Below, in pieces: positions 10,608-19,747 of a DNA stretch of 53,117 bases (positions are counted from its first letter, which is position 1; each line of letters starts with the position of its first letter). Position numbers and translations under genes: made by a program. Where the stretch lies: sequence record SRR2962707_513; one strand, given 5' to 3'. Under the pieces are notes generated by a model. The model had not been told where the DNA came from and made no database searches. It worked only from the letters and a program-made list of their open reading frames with translations.

Positions 10608-11522
10608 TCAATTTTTTTTATCAAGATGTTCTGCTTCGTACTTTTTTGCCGATGTAACCGCTAGGCTGGTGGCGATTTCTGCAATCGGATTATAGGGGGT
10701 GTCTGAGTACGAGGCGGTGAAGGAGAGATCGCTAGGCGTCCAAACGGCGCGTAATTTGCGCAGTTTTCCGTCGGCTAATTCTTTTTCTATCATGACGTTG
10801 GGCATGGTAGATATACCGACGGCGTTAACCGCCAAACTGAGGCAAGCGGCGAGTGAGGTGGACGCGAAAAAGTTGACGGGAGCCCCTTCTAATTCACGAA
10901 ATTTCTGTGCGATTTCAATGTAAGGTTTGGTGGATCGTGCATAAGTCACAATCGGCCATGGTGCGAGCTCTTCTAGGTAAAGCAAACGATCTGGCAGCTT
11001 AAGAGTGGGGCTGGCAACCCAGGATAAAGAGAAAGTACAGAGCGCTCGATTTACAATATAGGGTTCTGAAATAGGCCCCATCAAGAAGGCTAGATCGAGC
11101 GTTCGGTCTTTAATGCCCTCAGCCAAAGAGCTGGTATTATCAACGGTTAATTCTACGTTCAATTTCGGCATATCTTGGTGGAGTTGTGCCCAAAAATCTG
11201 GCAACCAAGTGTTCACTATGGTTTCTGATACCCCTAGTCGCAAGACCCCAGAATAGGTGCTAGAAACATCCGCCTGTTTTCTAAGTTGCTCAGATTGATA
11301 GAGAATTTTTTCCGCATAAGGGAGTAATTCTTTTCCTTTTGGTGTCAATATGATGGGACTTGAACCGCCTTCTCTTTCAAAGAGCTTCACCCCCAATTCT
11401 TGCTCAAGACCGGCAATGCGAGCTGAAATAGCGGGCTGGGTAGTATGAAGGCGCTCAGCGGCTTTACGGAAATTGCCTAAAGAGGCTACCCAAACAAAGG
11501 TTTCTAGTCGCTTATAATTCAC
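10608..11522 (-). CDS. LysR family regulator, probably of the downstream ycsI-TRAP-pxp operon
   Basis: FRKAAERLHTTQPAISARIAGLEQELG helix-turn-helix; GTG start at 11522 (VNYKRLETF). Confidence 0.9.
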   Translation of the reverse strand: MNYKRLETFVWVASLGNFRKAAERLHTTQPAISARIAGLEQELGVKLFEREGGSSPIILTPKGKELLPYAEKILYQSEQLRKQADVSSTYSGVLRLGVSETIVNTWLPDFWAQLHQDMPKLNVELTVDNTSSLAEGIKDRTLDLAFLMGPISEPYIVNRALCTFSLSWVASPTLKLPDRLLYLEELAPWPIVTYARSTKPYIEIAQKFRELEGAPVNFFASTSLAACLSLAVNAVGISTMPNVMIEKELADGKLRKLRAVWTPSDLSFTASYSDTPYNPIAEIATSLAVTSAKKYEAEHLDKKN

Positions 11523-11683
11523 GTTGTTATTCCAGTGAGTAATGAAGTGGAGATAATAAATAAGAAGGTATTGAGCAAAAGAGTATAAGCCCCATGATGT
11601 TTCGGCAATCTTTTCGTTAAGTATTGCGAGAGTCATAGGTCTGGCATAAAGCTTGCGTTATGCTGTTGTAAACTTAAGAGACG

Positions 11684-12283
11684 ATGGAAAAAATGAATAA
11701 ACTGATTACCTTACTACTAAAGGGTTTGGTGGCGGTGTTACCGATCAGCCTGACCGTCTATTTGATTTATTGGCTATTGGCGACGGGCGAAAAAATAGCC
11801 AAGCCAGTGATCACTTGGATTCTTCCTGACGCCTTGTACTTTCCAGGCTTTGGCTTATTGGCTACGCTGGGCGCTTTGATTTTGATTGGCTTCTTGGTCA
11901 ATCTGTATGGCATTCGCTATCTAGTGAAGTTAAGCCAGAATATTTTCGAGCGTATCCCGTTAGTAAAATCCATTTATGGGGCGTTTAAAGACATGATGAC
12001 GGTCTTTAATTTGTCCGAAAAGAAAGAAATGAAAAGCGTTGTTTCGTTAGAGTGGAATGGCGCTCAGGTCATTGGCTTTATCACAGGTGAAAAAACCGGA
12101 GAGAGACTGTTCGGTGATCAAAACCTTGTCGGCGTGTATGTGCCATTGAGCTATCAAATTGGTGGCATCACCTTGTACATTTCTCGCGATCGCTTAACCG
12201 AACTGGAGATTGGCGTGGAAGAAGCCATGCGCCTAGCATTGACCGCTGGCATCCAATCGTCAAAAGAAGGCCCTAAGGCCTAA
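11684..12283 (+). CDS. DUF502 family membrane protein
   Basis: LLKGLVAVLPISLT, IFERIPLVKSIY, VYVPLSYQIGG. Confidence 0.88.
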   Translation: MEKMNKLITLLLKGLVAVLPISLTVYLIYWLLATGEKIAKPVITWILPDALYFPGFGLLATLGALILIGFLVNLYGIRYLVKLSQNIFERIPLVKSIYGAFKDMMTVFNLSEKKEMKSVVSLEWNGAQVIGFITGEKTGERLFGDQNLVGVYVPLSYQIGGITLYISRDRLTELEIGVEEAMRLALTAGIQSSKEGPKA

Positions 12284-12285
12284 CA

Positions 12286-12324
12286 ACAAGGCAAGCGGCC
12301 CTCGTTTCTTACCGCTTGCCTTGT
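12286..12324. terminator. Hairpin between convergent genes
   Basis: acaaggcaagcgg...ccgcttgccttgt, 13-bp stem. Confidence 0.75.
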
Positions 12325-12330
12325 GTCCGC

Positions 12331-12807
12331 TTACCAGACTCCAGCGTGAAGGGCTGCGGCATCGTCTTCTAAGACGGGGCCGATTACTTCTGTGTCTCTT
12401 TGGCCAGATGCAAAGACGGTACGGCAAGGCAGTGCGAGTGTTGGGTTCTCTGGGTGATTGCCAGTAATCGCTTTTAAGCGCTCTTCACTTAAGCCATAAA
12501 CCACGCGTCCGACGCCCGCCCAGTAAATTGCGCCAGCACACATAGCACAAGGTTCTGCTGAAACAAACAAGGTGCATTGGTTCAAGAAATCTGGACGGTA
12601 CGCTTTGCTAGCACGAGTCATAATAATGCGCTCAGCGTGACCGGTCATGTCCAGATCGGGCAAATAACCATTTACCTGCTCCATTAATATCTTCCCATCA
12701 GCGTCAACAAGCACGGCTGAAAAAGGATGGATACCTTGTTGTTTCGCCTCATTGGCTAACTGAAAGCTGTATCGTAGATGTTGTTCATCTTGCGAGGTTA
12801 ATAACAT
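12331..12807 (-). CDS. Zn-dependent nucleoside/nucleobase deaminase (CDA superfamily)
   Basis: GHAE and EPCAMC Zn ligands; PFSAVLV. Confidence 0.9.
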   Translation of the reverse strand: MLLTSQDEQHLRYSFQLANEAKQQGIHPFSAVLVDADGKILMEQVNGYLPDLDMTGHAERIIMTRASKAYRPDFLNQCTLFVSAEPCAMCAGAIYWAGVGRVVYGLSEERLKAITGNHPENPTLALPCRTVFASGQRDTEVIGPVLEDDAAALHAGVW

Positions 12808-12819
12808 GTCTTCTCCTGG

Positions 12820-13623
12820 TTATTTTTTCTTCGGCAAACTCCACGGAAACAGCCAAAGCTGTAGCCATTGCACGGATTTAAACAGTAATAAACTGATGGC
12901 TGATAGAAAGATTAAGCCAGCGAATGCTTGAGGGATTTTAAAGAAGGAGGTAGAAAACTGAATGAAATACCCCAGACCTTGTTCTGCTGCGACAAACTCC
13001 GCCACGACGGCACCAATGATCGCCAGCGTAATCGATACCCGTAAGCCACTGAAAATATGAGGAATCGCATAGGGAATGCGAATTTGCCAGGTTTCACGAT
13101 AACGAGGTGCCCGCAGAGATTGGCTTAACTCGATTAATTCTGGTGGTGTTTCCAACATGCCAGTGGTGGTTGAAACCACCAAAGGAAAGAAGGTGATTAA
13201 ACAGGTAATGAGCACCCGTGAAGGGTCATCTGTGCCCATCAATACAATGATCAAGGGCGCAACCGCGACCACGGGGGTGGATTGAATAACGATGAGGGCC
13301 GGATACAAGGTGCGGTTTAATAGCTCAGAGCGGATCATCCCTATCGACAGTGGCAAGCTAATGAGAATAGACAAGCCAAAGCCCATTAAAGCGACCCGTA
13401 AGGTTGCCCATAAGTGAGTCATCCAGCGGGAGAATTCGACGTTAAAAAAGGCTTCTACAATCGCAGACGGGGAAGGCAAAATATATTGTGGTACTTGCCC
13501 TAGGCGACAAATTAGCTCCCACAGGATAATTAAGCTAATGAAAAACAGAGCCGGTGCGAAACGGTAACCTTGTTTGCTTAGCCACTGGAGAGCCGTTCGT
13601 TTAGGCACGGGTGATTGGTTCAT
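12820..13623 (-). CDS. ABC transporter permease, NitT/TauT/SsuC family
   Basis: LPSPS.I, PVVAVAPL, AIIGAVVAEF..AEQGLGY. Confidence 0.92.
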   Translation of the reverse strand: MNQSPVPKRTALQWLSKQGYRFAPALFFISLIILWELICRLGQVPQYILPSPSAIVEAFFNVEFSRWMTHLWATLRVALMGFGLSILISLPLSIGMIRSELLNRTLYPALIVIQSTPVVAVAPLIIVLMGTDDPSRVLITCLITFFPLVVSTTTGMLETPPELIELSQSLRAPRYRETWQIRIPYAIPHIFSGLRVSITLAIIGAVVAEFVAAEQGLGYFIQFSTSFFKIPQAFAGLIFLSAISLLLFKSVQWLQLWLFPWSLPKKK

Positions 13624-14401
13624 AAATATGCCCTCGAATGATGTTAGTAAGTTCAGAAAAGCGTGGGGAGTTAATGGTGTCAGAGCTTCGCGGTCTGGGC
13701 AGGTCGACGTCGATTAAATCCAGCACAGTACCAGGGCGCTTGCTCATGACCAGAATACGGTCAGCCAACAGCACGGCCTCGCTAATAGAGTGAGTGATAA
13801 ACAGCACGGTTTTGGGGTGGTCGCGCCAAATATCTAACAGATCGAAACCTATTTGTTCTCGTGTGAGAGCATCGAGTGCGGAAAAAGGCTCGTCCATCAG
13901 CAGAATGTCAGGGTTTAACAACAAGGCGCGCACTATGCCAACCCGTTGCTGCATACCCCCTGAAAGTTCTTCTGGCATTTTGTCGGCAAAGGCCCCCAGC
14001 CCAGTCATTTGCAACAGCTCATCGGCGCGCTTTTTATCTTCTTCTCTGACTCGGCCATATTTGTGTTTTAAGGGAAACAGAACATTCTTTTTTACCGTTA
14101 GCCAAGGCAACAAATTCGGCTTTTGAAACACTATCCCTACGTCATCACGAGGCTCTGTTACTGGTCGATTAAACACAGAAACCTCCCCGTGGCTTGGTAT
14201 TAACAGGCCCGATACCATGCGTAATAGGGTGGATTTGCCACAGCCAGAAGGCCCGACAACCGCCACAAATTCATGGCGGTGGATATCCAGATCGATGGCT
14301 TGTACTGCCATGGGAGCTTGCGGGTCTGGGTCATAGCGATGGCCTACGTTTTTCATGCTAACGTAAGCTTGCAGGCTGTTTTTTTCGTTTGATTCAGTCA
14401 T
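13601..14401 (-). CDS. ABC transporter ATP-binding protein, NitT/TauT family
   Basis: GPSGCGKS, LSGGMQQR, LLMDEPFSALD. Confidence 0.95.
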   Translation of the reverse strand: MTESNEKNSLQAYVSMKNVGHRYDPDPQAPMAVQAIDLDIHRHEFVAVVGPSGCGKSTLLRMVSGLLIPSHGEVSVFNRPVTEPRDDVGIVFQKPNLLPWLTVKKNVLFPLKHKYGRVREEDKKRADELLQMTGLGAFADKMPEELSGGMQQRVGIVRALLLNPDILLMDEPFSALDALTREQIGFDLLDIWRDHPKTVLFITHSISEAVLLADRILVMSKRPGTVLDLIDVDLPRPRSSDTINSPRFSELTNIIRGHIYEPITRA

Positions 14402-15412
14402 TTATTCTCTTCCCTTCAATTCGTCGTGGCTTGGTATGAAAGCTCGGTTGACGACTGTCTCAGGATCGAGTGAATCCAGGCTGAGGTTATTTGCCTCAGC
14501 AACATACTTCCATGTGGCTGCGATGCGCTTTGGTGTCAGCATGCCAAAGCCATCGTGTTGACTGATCTTGTTAAACACTAAGTTGTGAATACTGGTGATT
14601 TGCGCTGCGACAATGTCGGCATCGACTTCGGGCACCATTTTGTGAAGGTCCTGTCCTGCCTTATCTGGATGTTGGTAGGCGAATTGGATCGATTTTGCAT
14701 AGGCTTTTATGAAGCGTTTGGCCACGTCTGGGCGTGAGGCTAAGAATTTATCAGACGCTAATAACGCAGAGCTATAGAGGGATAACCCCCCTTCAGACCA
14801 AGGTAATACCTTGATTTCTTTACCTGTTTGCGCGGCTTGTTGTTCGAATAATGCGGTGTTTGTTACCCAAGCAATAATGGCTTGGGTATTGCCTACCATC
14901 AGCATAGGGCCAAGAGCGCCGGGGTCGACTTTGCTTAATTTAATGGAGTCGACTGGCACGTTATTTTGTTTGAGTACTAGTGGTAAAAAGGCATTTGAGG
15001 AAGTAAAAGGCGAGGTGGCAATTTTCTTGCCCTGTAAGTCTTTAATGCTGTTTATGCCGCTGTCAGCAAGTACATAAAATGCATGAGGCGCTTCAGTAAA
15101 ATAAGACATTACGGCACTGACTGGAACATTATCTTGGGCTCTTGCGGCCATCAAGGCACCAATATCTGAGCTACCAACGTCTGACTGTCCTGTCGCGAGT
15201 TTGGTCACCGCGTCGGTGGAGCCACGGCCGCTGGCTATTTTTACCTCTAAATCGAGTGCGGCGAAGAAGCCTTCTTGAATACCAACATACACGGGCGCTT
15301 TGTCTCCGCCTGGTAACCAATCAAGCTGAAACGTCACCTTGTCAGCAGCGAAAGCACTGCCAGTCATGGCGAGGGCCATGATGATCATCGATAAGCGGTT
15401 CAATTTTTTCAT
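14402..15412 (-). CDS. ABC substrate-binding protein, NMT1/THI5-like
   Basis: Signal peptide, VTFQLDWLP, G.GS motif, SGINSIKDLQGKKI. Confidence 0.88.
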   Translation of the reverse strand: MKKLNRLSMIIMALAMTGSAFAADKVTFQLDWLPGGDKAPVYVGIQEGFFAALDLEVKIASGRGSTDAVTKLATGQSDVGSSDIGALMAARAQDNVPVSAVMSYFTEAPHAFYVLADSGINSIKDLQGKKIATSPFTSSNAFLPLVLKQNNVPVDSIKLSKVDPGALGPMLMVGNTQAIIAWVTNTALFEQQAAQTGKEIKVLPWSEGGLSLYSSALLASDKFLASRPDVAKRFIKAYAKSIQFAYQHPDKAGQDLHKMVPEVDADIVAAQITSIHNLVFNKISQHDGFGMLTPKRIAATWKYVAEANNLSLDSLDPETVVNRAFIPSHDELKGRE

Positions 15413-15471
15413 GGGCTGTTCTCCTTAATATGACGAGTCATAAAGATATCGTTGCAACGTTTGTTTCAGTC

Positions 15472-15487
15472 TGCAAAAAATGAGCCT
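15472..15487 (-). promoter_or_regulatory. Putative sigma54 (-24/-12) promoter of the ABC/deaminase operon
   Basis: Minus strand aGGctcattttttGCa = GG-N10-GC with TTGC, 60 bp upstream of the start. Confidence 0.55.
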
Positions 15488-15601
15488 GTTCTTTTTGCTG
15501 TTAATGTAAAGGCGCTAACGCAATGAAATATCTATCATTTTTTATAGGGAAGAAGGTCATGTCTGAGAGGCAAAGTGATTTTCTGTGTTTGCGTATCGTC
15601 T

Positions 15602-15651
15602 TGGCACGTAAATAGCGCCACTTAAGACGTCGGTTGCTGGTTACTGGTGCA
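15602..15651. promoter_or_regulatory. Two NtrC-like enhancer sites
   Basis: ggcac-N7-gcgcc (15603-15619) and tgctg-N7-gtgca (15635-15651) versus TGCAC-N7-GTGCA; 115-165 bp upstream of the sigma54 site. Confidence 0.4.
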
Positions 15652-15751
15652 TGAGGTTTGCGAAGCGCTTTTGTGAAAACTTTTCTTATGAAACATTGGT
15701 GCAGTGCGTGTTTTTCTTTATCATGCGCTCTTTTGGTTTAGGGTGATCTTG

Positions 15752-16978
15752 GTGCAACAACAGAAATCTGTCATGGTAATTGGTGCAGGCCCAGCTGGCT
15801 TGATGGCGGCAGAGCGTCTTTGTGCGGCGGGATTTAAAGTCGATGTTTACGATGCCAAGCCAAGTGCGTGCCGCAAATTCTTACTGGCGGGCGTGGGTGG
15901 CATGAACATTACACACTCAGAACCTTACGATGATTTTATTCTGCGCTATTACGACAAAGCCCAATGGCTCGATACCTCGATTCGTGACTTTGATGCGAAT
16001 GCGTTACGCCAATGGATTCATGATTTGGGTATCGACACCTTTATCGGCACGTCTGGACGAGTATTTCCAAGTGATATGAAAGCCGCGCCGTTACTGCGTC
16101 ATTGGCTCAAGCGGCTGCGAGATGCGGGCGTGCATTTTCATATGCGCCATAAAATGATCGAGCTTAAAGCCAATCACGCCACGTTCGATCATGATGGTGA
16201 ACAGGTGTCTGTTAATGCCGCTGCGATTATCTTGGCAATGGGCGGCGCTAGCTGGCCTAAGCTTGGATCTGATGGTGCTTGGCACAAAGTGTTGGCCGAG
16301 CAAGGCGTGAACCTGGCGCCACTAGAAAGCGCGAACTGCGGCTTTTATAGTGATTGGAGTGACCATTTACAGAGCAAGTTTGCTGGCAGCCCATTGAAAG
16401 ACATGGCGTTCACTTTTATCCCATTGGAAGGCCAGCCAATCGTTCGTAAAGGTGAGTGTATTGTGACTAAAGATGGGTTGGAAGGCAGCCTTGTGTACGC
16501 TTTTTCAAAACACCTTAGAGACACCATTAAGCAGGCAGGAGAAGCCAATTTGCTGATTGACCTGCTACCGGCTTTTAGCGAAGAGCAGCTCATCAGCAAA
16601 CTGAAAAAGACAAAGCCGAAAGAATCCTTCAGTAAGTATTTAAAGCGTACTGTTGGCATTAGTGGTATCAAATCGGCGTTGCTTTATGAGACTCATGAAA
16701 AAACCACGTGGCAGACCCCTGAAGGATTGGCGCGTTGTTTAAAAGCCATTCCGGTGCGACTCAATCAGGTCAAACCAATAGAGGAAGCGATTTCCAGTGC
16801 GGGTGGCGTGTGCGAAAGCAGTGTGGATGAGTATTTGATGTTGAAGCATCTGCCTGGTGTATTTTGTGCTGGCGAAATGTTGGATTGGGAAGCGCCAACC
16901 GGAGGTTATTTGTTAACCGCGTGTTTTGCGACCGGCCATCGTGCAGCACAAGGTGTGCGTCGGTATTTAATCGGCTGA
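15752..16978 (+). CDS. TIGR03862/HI0933 (BaiN-like) flavoprotein
   Basis: GAGPAGLMAAE, RKFLLAGVGGMNITHSE, GGASWPKLGSDG, GEMLDWEAPTGGYLL; GTG start at 15752 preferred. Confidence 0.9.
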   Translation: MQQQKSVMVIGAGPAGLMAAERLCAAGFKVDVYDAKPSACRKFLLAGVGGMNITHSEPYDDFILRYYDKAQWLDTSIRDFDANALRQWIHDLGIDTFIGTSGRVFPSDMKAAPLLRHWLKRLRDAGVHFHMRHKMIELKANHATFDHDGEQVSVNAAAIILAMGGASWPKLGSDGAWHKVLAEQGVNLAPLESANCGFYSDWSDHLQSKFAGSPLKDMAFTFIPLEGQPIVRKGECIVTKDGLEGSLVYAFSKHLRDTIKQAGEANLLIDLLPAFSEEQLISKLKKTKPKESFSKYLKRTVGISGIKSALLYETHEKTTWQTPEGLARCLKAIPVRLNQVKPIEEAISSAGGVCESSVDEYLMLKHLPGVFCAGEMLDWEAPTGGYLLTACFATGHRAAQGVRRYLIG

Positions 16979-17010
16979 TCGTTGGCCCATCTTTTTGCTT
17001 TTATTCTGCT

Positions 17011-17053
17011 CCAACAAAAATGCCCAATGATATTCATTGGGCATTTTTGTTGG
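17011..17053. terminator. Bidirectional terminator
   Basis: ccaacaaaaatgcccaatga-tat-tcattgggcatttttgttgg. Confidence 0.9.
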
Positions 17054-17069
17054 TGGGCTTATCGCTAAG

Positions 17070-17618
17070 TTATAGGGCCGCTGGCTTGCCGAAATTGTAT
17101 TGCACACCGACGGAAGTGATGTTGTCGAACTTAGTATTGGTCAAATCTTTGGTAAGGCGAAAATCTGCACGCAATGAAACGTCTTGATTGATTGCGTATT
17201 TTACGCCACCGCCAGCATTCAAAAAGGTGTTGTTGTCGGTCGCTGAAGCATTGTTGGTGTAGTAGTTGTTACCGATACCTGCCGCGACATAAGGTGTGAA
17301 TTTAGCGTTGGTAAATTCAGGCAAAGAATAGAGCCCATCTAGGCGATATTGATCAAGATCGACACTGCTGCCGCGATGTTTTAAGTCGGAATGCAAATAC
17401 GTTAACTCTGCAGCCCACGGTGTTTTGGTTTGATAACCCACGCTGATGGCATACGTCGCATCATTAGAAAGATGGCGGTCCGAATCGGTATGAATGTAAC
17501 CAAGGCTAGGCGTTATGGTAAAGCCTTCTTTTGGTTGTTCTGCATACGCCATGGTGGACAGGGAGGTTGCCAATATTACACCGCTAAAAAGAGTTCGTTT
17601 TTTCAATGAAATAGACAT
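17070..17618 (-). CDS. OmpA/OprF-like 8-stranded beta-barrel without a periplasmic domain
   Basis: Signal peptide; PYVAAGIG, NAGGGVKY, LRADFR; colinear with the barrel of the upstream OmpA. Confidence 0.85.
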   Translation of the reverse strand: MSISLKKRTLFSGVILATSLSTMAYAEQPKEGFTITPSLGYIHTDSDRHLSNDATYAISVGYQTKTPWAAELTYLHSDLKHRGSSVDLDQYRLDGLYSLPEFTNAKFTPYVAAGIGNNYYTNNASATDNNTFLNAGGGVKYAINQDVSLRADFRLTKDLTNTKFDNITSVGVQYNFGKPAAL

Positions 17619-17940
17619 CTTTTGTATCTCCTAATGAATCCGTTGTTTGTTGTTCTGTCGTCCAGAATACGTGCTTTTCAGAGACTTAAAAGCCCCTAGG
17701 AAAGTGGTGAAAGAAGAGGGCTTTACGGCTATTTCGTAATCATTACATAGGATTGACTAACTAGACTGAAAACTAGGGTTGGATAGTTTTTGAACGGTGT
17801 TTTTTCATCGAAAGCGTGGAATAAAAGGGGGGAATATTACAGACTATTTTCACTTCATATTGATGTCTCATGGCCTTTTTTAGGCAATTAACGCTGGCAG
17901 AAGAGAGGGCTAATGGAGAGCGGCGGCCTGAAGTGATCAT

Positions 17941-17974
17941 AAAAAAAGCCTCTGATGATATTCATCAGAGGCTT
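17941..17974 (-). terminator. Intrinsic terminator of the ompA-like gene
   Basis: aaaaaaagcctctgatga-tat-tcatcagaggcttt. Confidence 0.9.
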
Positions 17975-18025
17975 TAGAGACGAATCGTCTAAGGTTACCT
18001 TGGTAACAAGATACCCCTGTAAACG

Positions 18026-19051
18026 TTAGGCTTCGTTAGTAGAAACGACAGCAACAACGCGACGGTTAGCTTCTCGGTTTGCGGCCGTATCGTTATCCAT
18101 TAATGGTTTTTCTTCACCGTAACCAATGGAAGAAACACGATCGGCAGAGACGTTGAAGGTGTTGATCAATACATCTGAAATCGCCGCCGCACGTTTTTCA
18201 GAAAGTGCTTTGTTGTAACTAGCAGCACCACGGTCATCGGTATAACCTTCAATGACTACCGTTGCACTAGGCATTGCTTCTAGGTAATCCGCTAGTTTTT
18301 GGATTTCTGGGTAGTATTTTTGTTGAACGTCAGCAGAGTTAGTGGCGAACGGAACCACAAGATCTACTTTATGAACCGGTACAACAACAGGCTCTGGCTC
18401 AGCAACAGGTTCTGGTGCTACGACAGGCTCTGGTTGCGCAACGACTGGTGCAGGTTCTGCTTCAGCTTCTTGTGGTTGAGCATAAGCCTCTGAATCAGAG
18501 TCATCACTAGTAGAAGACTGATGAGACGTACCAAAGGTGTATGTCACACCAACAGTGGTCAGGTTATCTAGGTGATTGTCTTCTACGTCTTTAATTAGAC
18601 GGAAGTCAGCACGCAATGCTAAGGCATCATTGATGGCGTATTTTAGACCACCACCGGCATTAACGAAGGCGTTAGTGCTGTCTGACGCGTCACTGAAATC
18701 TGCAATACCAGCACCGGCCGCTACATAAGGCGTAATGCGAGTGTTTGAGAACTCAGCGAAATGGTATAAACCATCAAGACGATACTCGTCGACACCAACG
18801 TCCTGGCCGTTTTTCTCGCTGTCTGCATTTAGGTAAGTAAATTCAACGGCCCATGGGTTATCGAATTGGTAACCTAAACCGAGTGAATAAGCGGCATCGT
18901 TATCCGTGTCACGGTCGCTATCAAAATTGTAGTAACCGATACTAGGAGATATTGTAAAACCTTCTGTTGGAGCAGCGAGTGCTACAGTAGAAATAGACGA
19001 CGCGGCGATAATTCCGCTAACAATAGTTCGTTTGGTCAATGTTAAAGACAT
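18026..19051 (-). CDS. OmpA/OprF family outer membrane protein (barrel, Pro/Glu linker, peptidoglycan-binding domain)
   Basis: IEGYTDDRG..YNKALSEKRA, GYGEEKP, NRRV; start MSLTL at 19051 with SD aggag. Confidence 0.93.
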   Translation of the reverse strand: MSLTLTKRTIVSGIIAASSISTVALAAPTEGFTISPSIGYYNFDSDRDTDNDAAYSLGLGYQFDNPWAVEFTYLNADSEKNGQDVGVDEYRLDGLYHFAEFSNTRITPYVAAGAGIADFSDASDSTNAFVNAGGGLKYAINDALALRADFRLIKDVEDNHLDNLTTVGVTYTFGTSHQSSTSDDSDSEAYAQPQEAEAEPAPVVAQPEPVVAPEPVAEPEPVVVPVHKVDLVVPFATNSADVQQKYYPEIQKLADYLEAMPSATVVIEGYTDDRGAASYNKALSEKRAAAISDVLINTFNVSADRVSSIGYGEEKPLMDNDTAANREANRRVVAVVSTNEA

Positions 19052-19581
19052 TTCCTTTCTCCTTAAATGAGCTTTTAAATATGTTTGTTTACGCATGTTT
19101 GTTGTGTGTTCTGCTTCATACCATAAGCCTGTTTTAACTATAGGAAAAGCCTCCCCCGATTGCCTATAAAATGTCTTTAAAAAATTCCATTTCACATTCA
19201 TGACGAGGGGTTTACGTATATGGCAACTTTACCACAGAGCCACCTCGGTAATAGGTGGAGATATGTTTAGAAATGTCTGGAAATGTAGTTAATCATTACA
19301 GGACTTTTTCGAAATATATTTTTGTATCATTGAATTGTGGCGATATTAAGTAGGTGCCATGATGAAAAAGCACGATAGTATCCGGTTTATTTTTAGCCAT
19401 TATATTGTAAATAGATAAATCGACACTTAGCGACTAGGCTTATCGACACTGTGAATGCGCTTTGTCTTATTAGGCTACTATTTTCCATTCACAGGACTTT
19501 TACAAAAATTTAACCCTAATTTTGCAGTAGCTGATATGAAAATCAGGTAGCGTAGATGCATCTGTTTTCAAGGAGAGAAGC

Positions 19582-19731
19582 ATGGAACATCTATCACGAC
19601 TGCTTTTGGAGTTAGAGCGCATTACCCTTCAAGACATTGCCCAAATCCCCAAACCTCAACAACATATCTTGGTTGAGCACATAGAAGAGCTGCAAGACGA
19701 ATTGCGTGAGTTAATAGAAGAGGAAGTATGA
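19582..19731 (+). CDS. Unannotated 49-aa acidic helical small protein
   Basis: SD aaggag, ATG, MEHLSRLLLELERITLQDIAQIPKPQQHILVEHIEELQDELRELIEEEV*; hairpin aagaggaag/cttcctctt spans the stop. Confidence 0.7.
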   Translation: MEHLSRLLLELERITLQDIAQIPKPQQHILVEHIEELQDELRELIEEEV

Positions 19732-19747
19732 CCTTCCTCTTTATCAT

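Noticed and set aside
19419..19450. Direct repeat atcgacact x2 (23 bp apart) upstream of ompA and the small ORF
   Set aside because: Could be a regulator site, but two 9-mers cannot be assigned to any factor from sequence alone.
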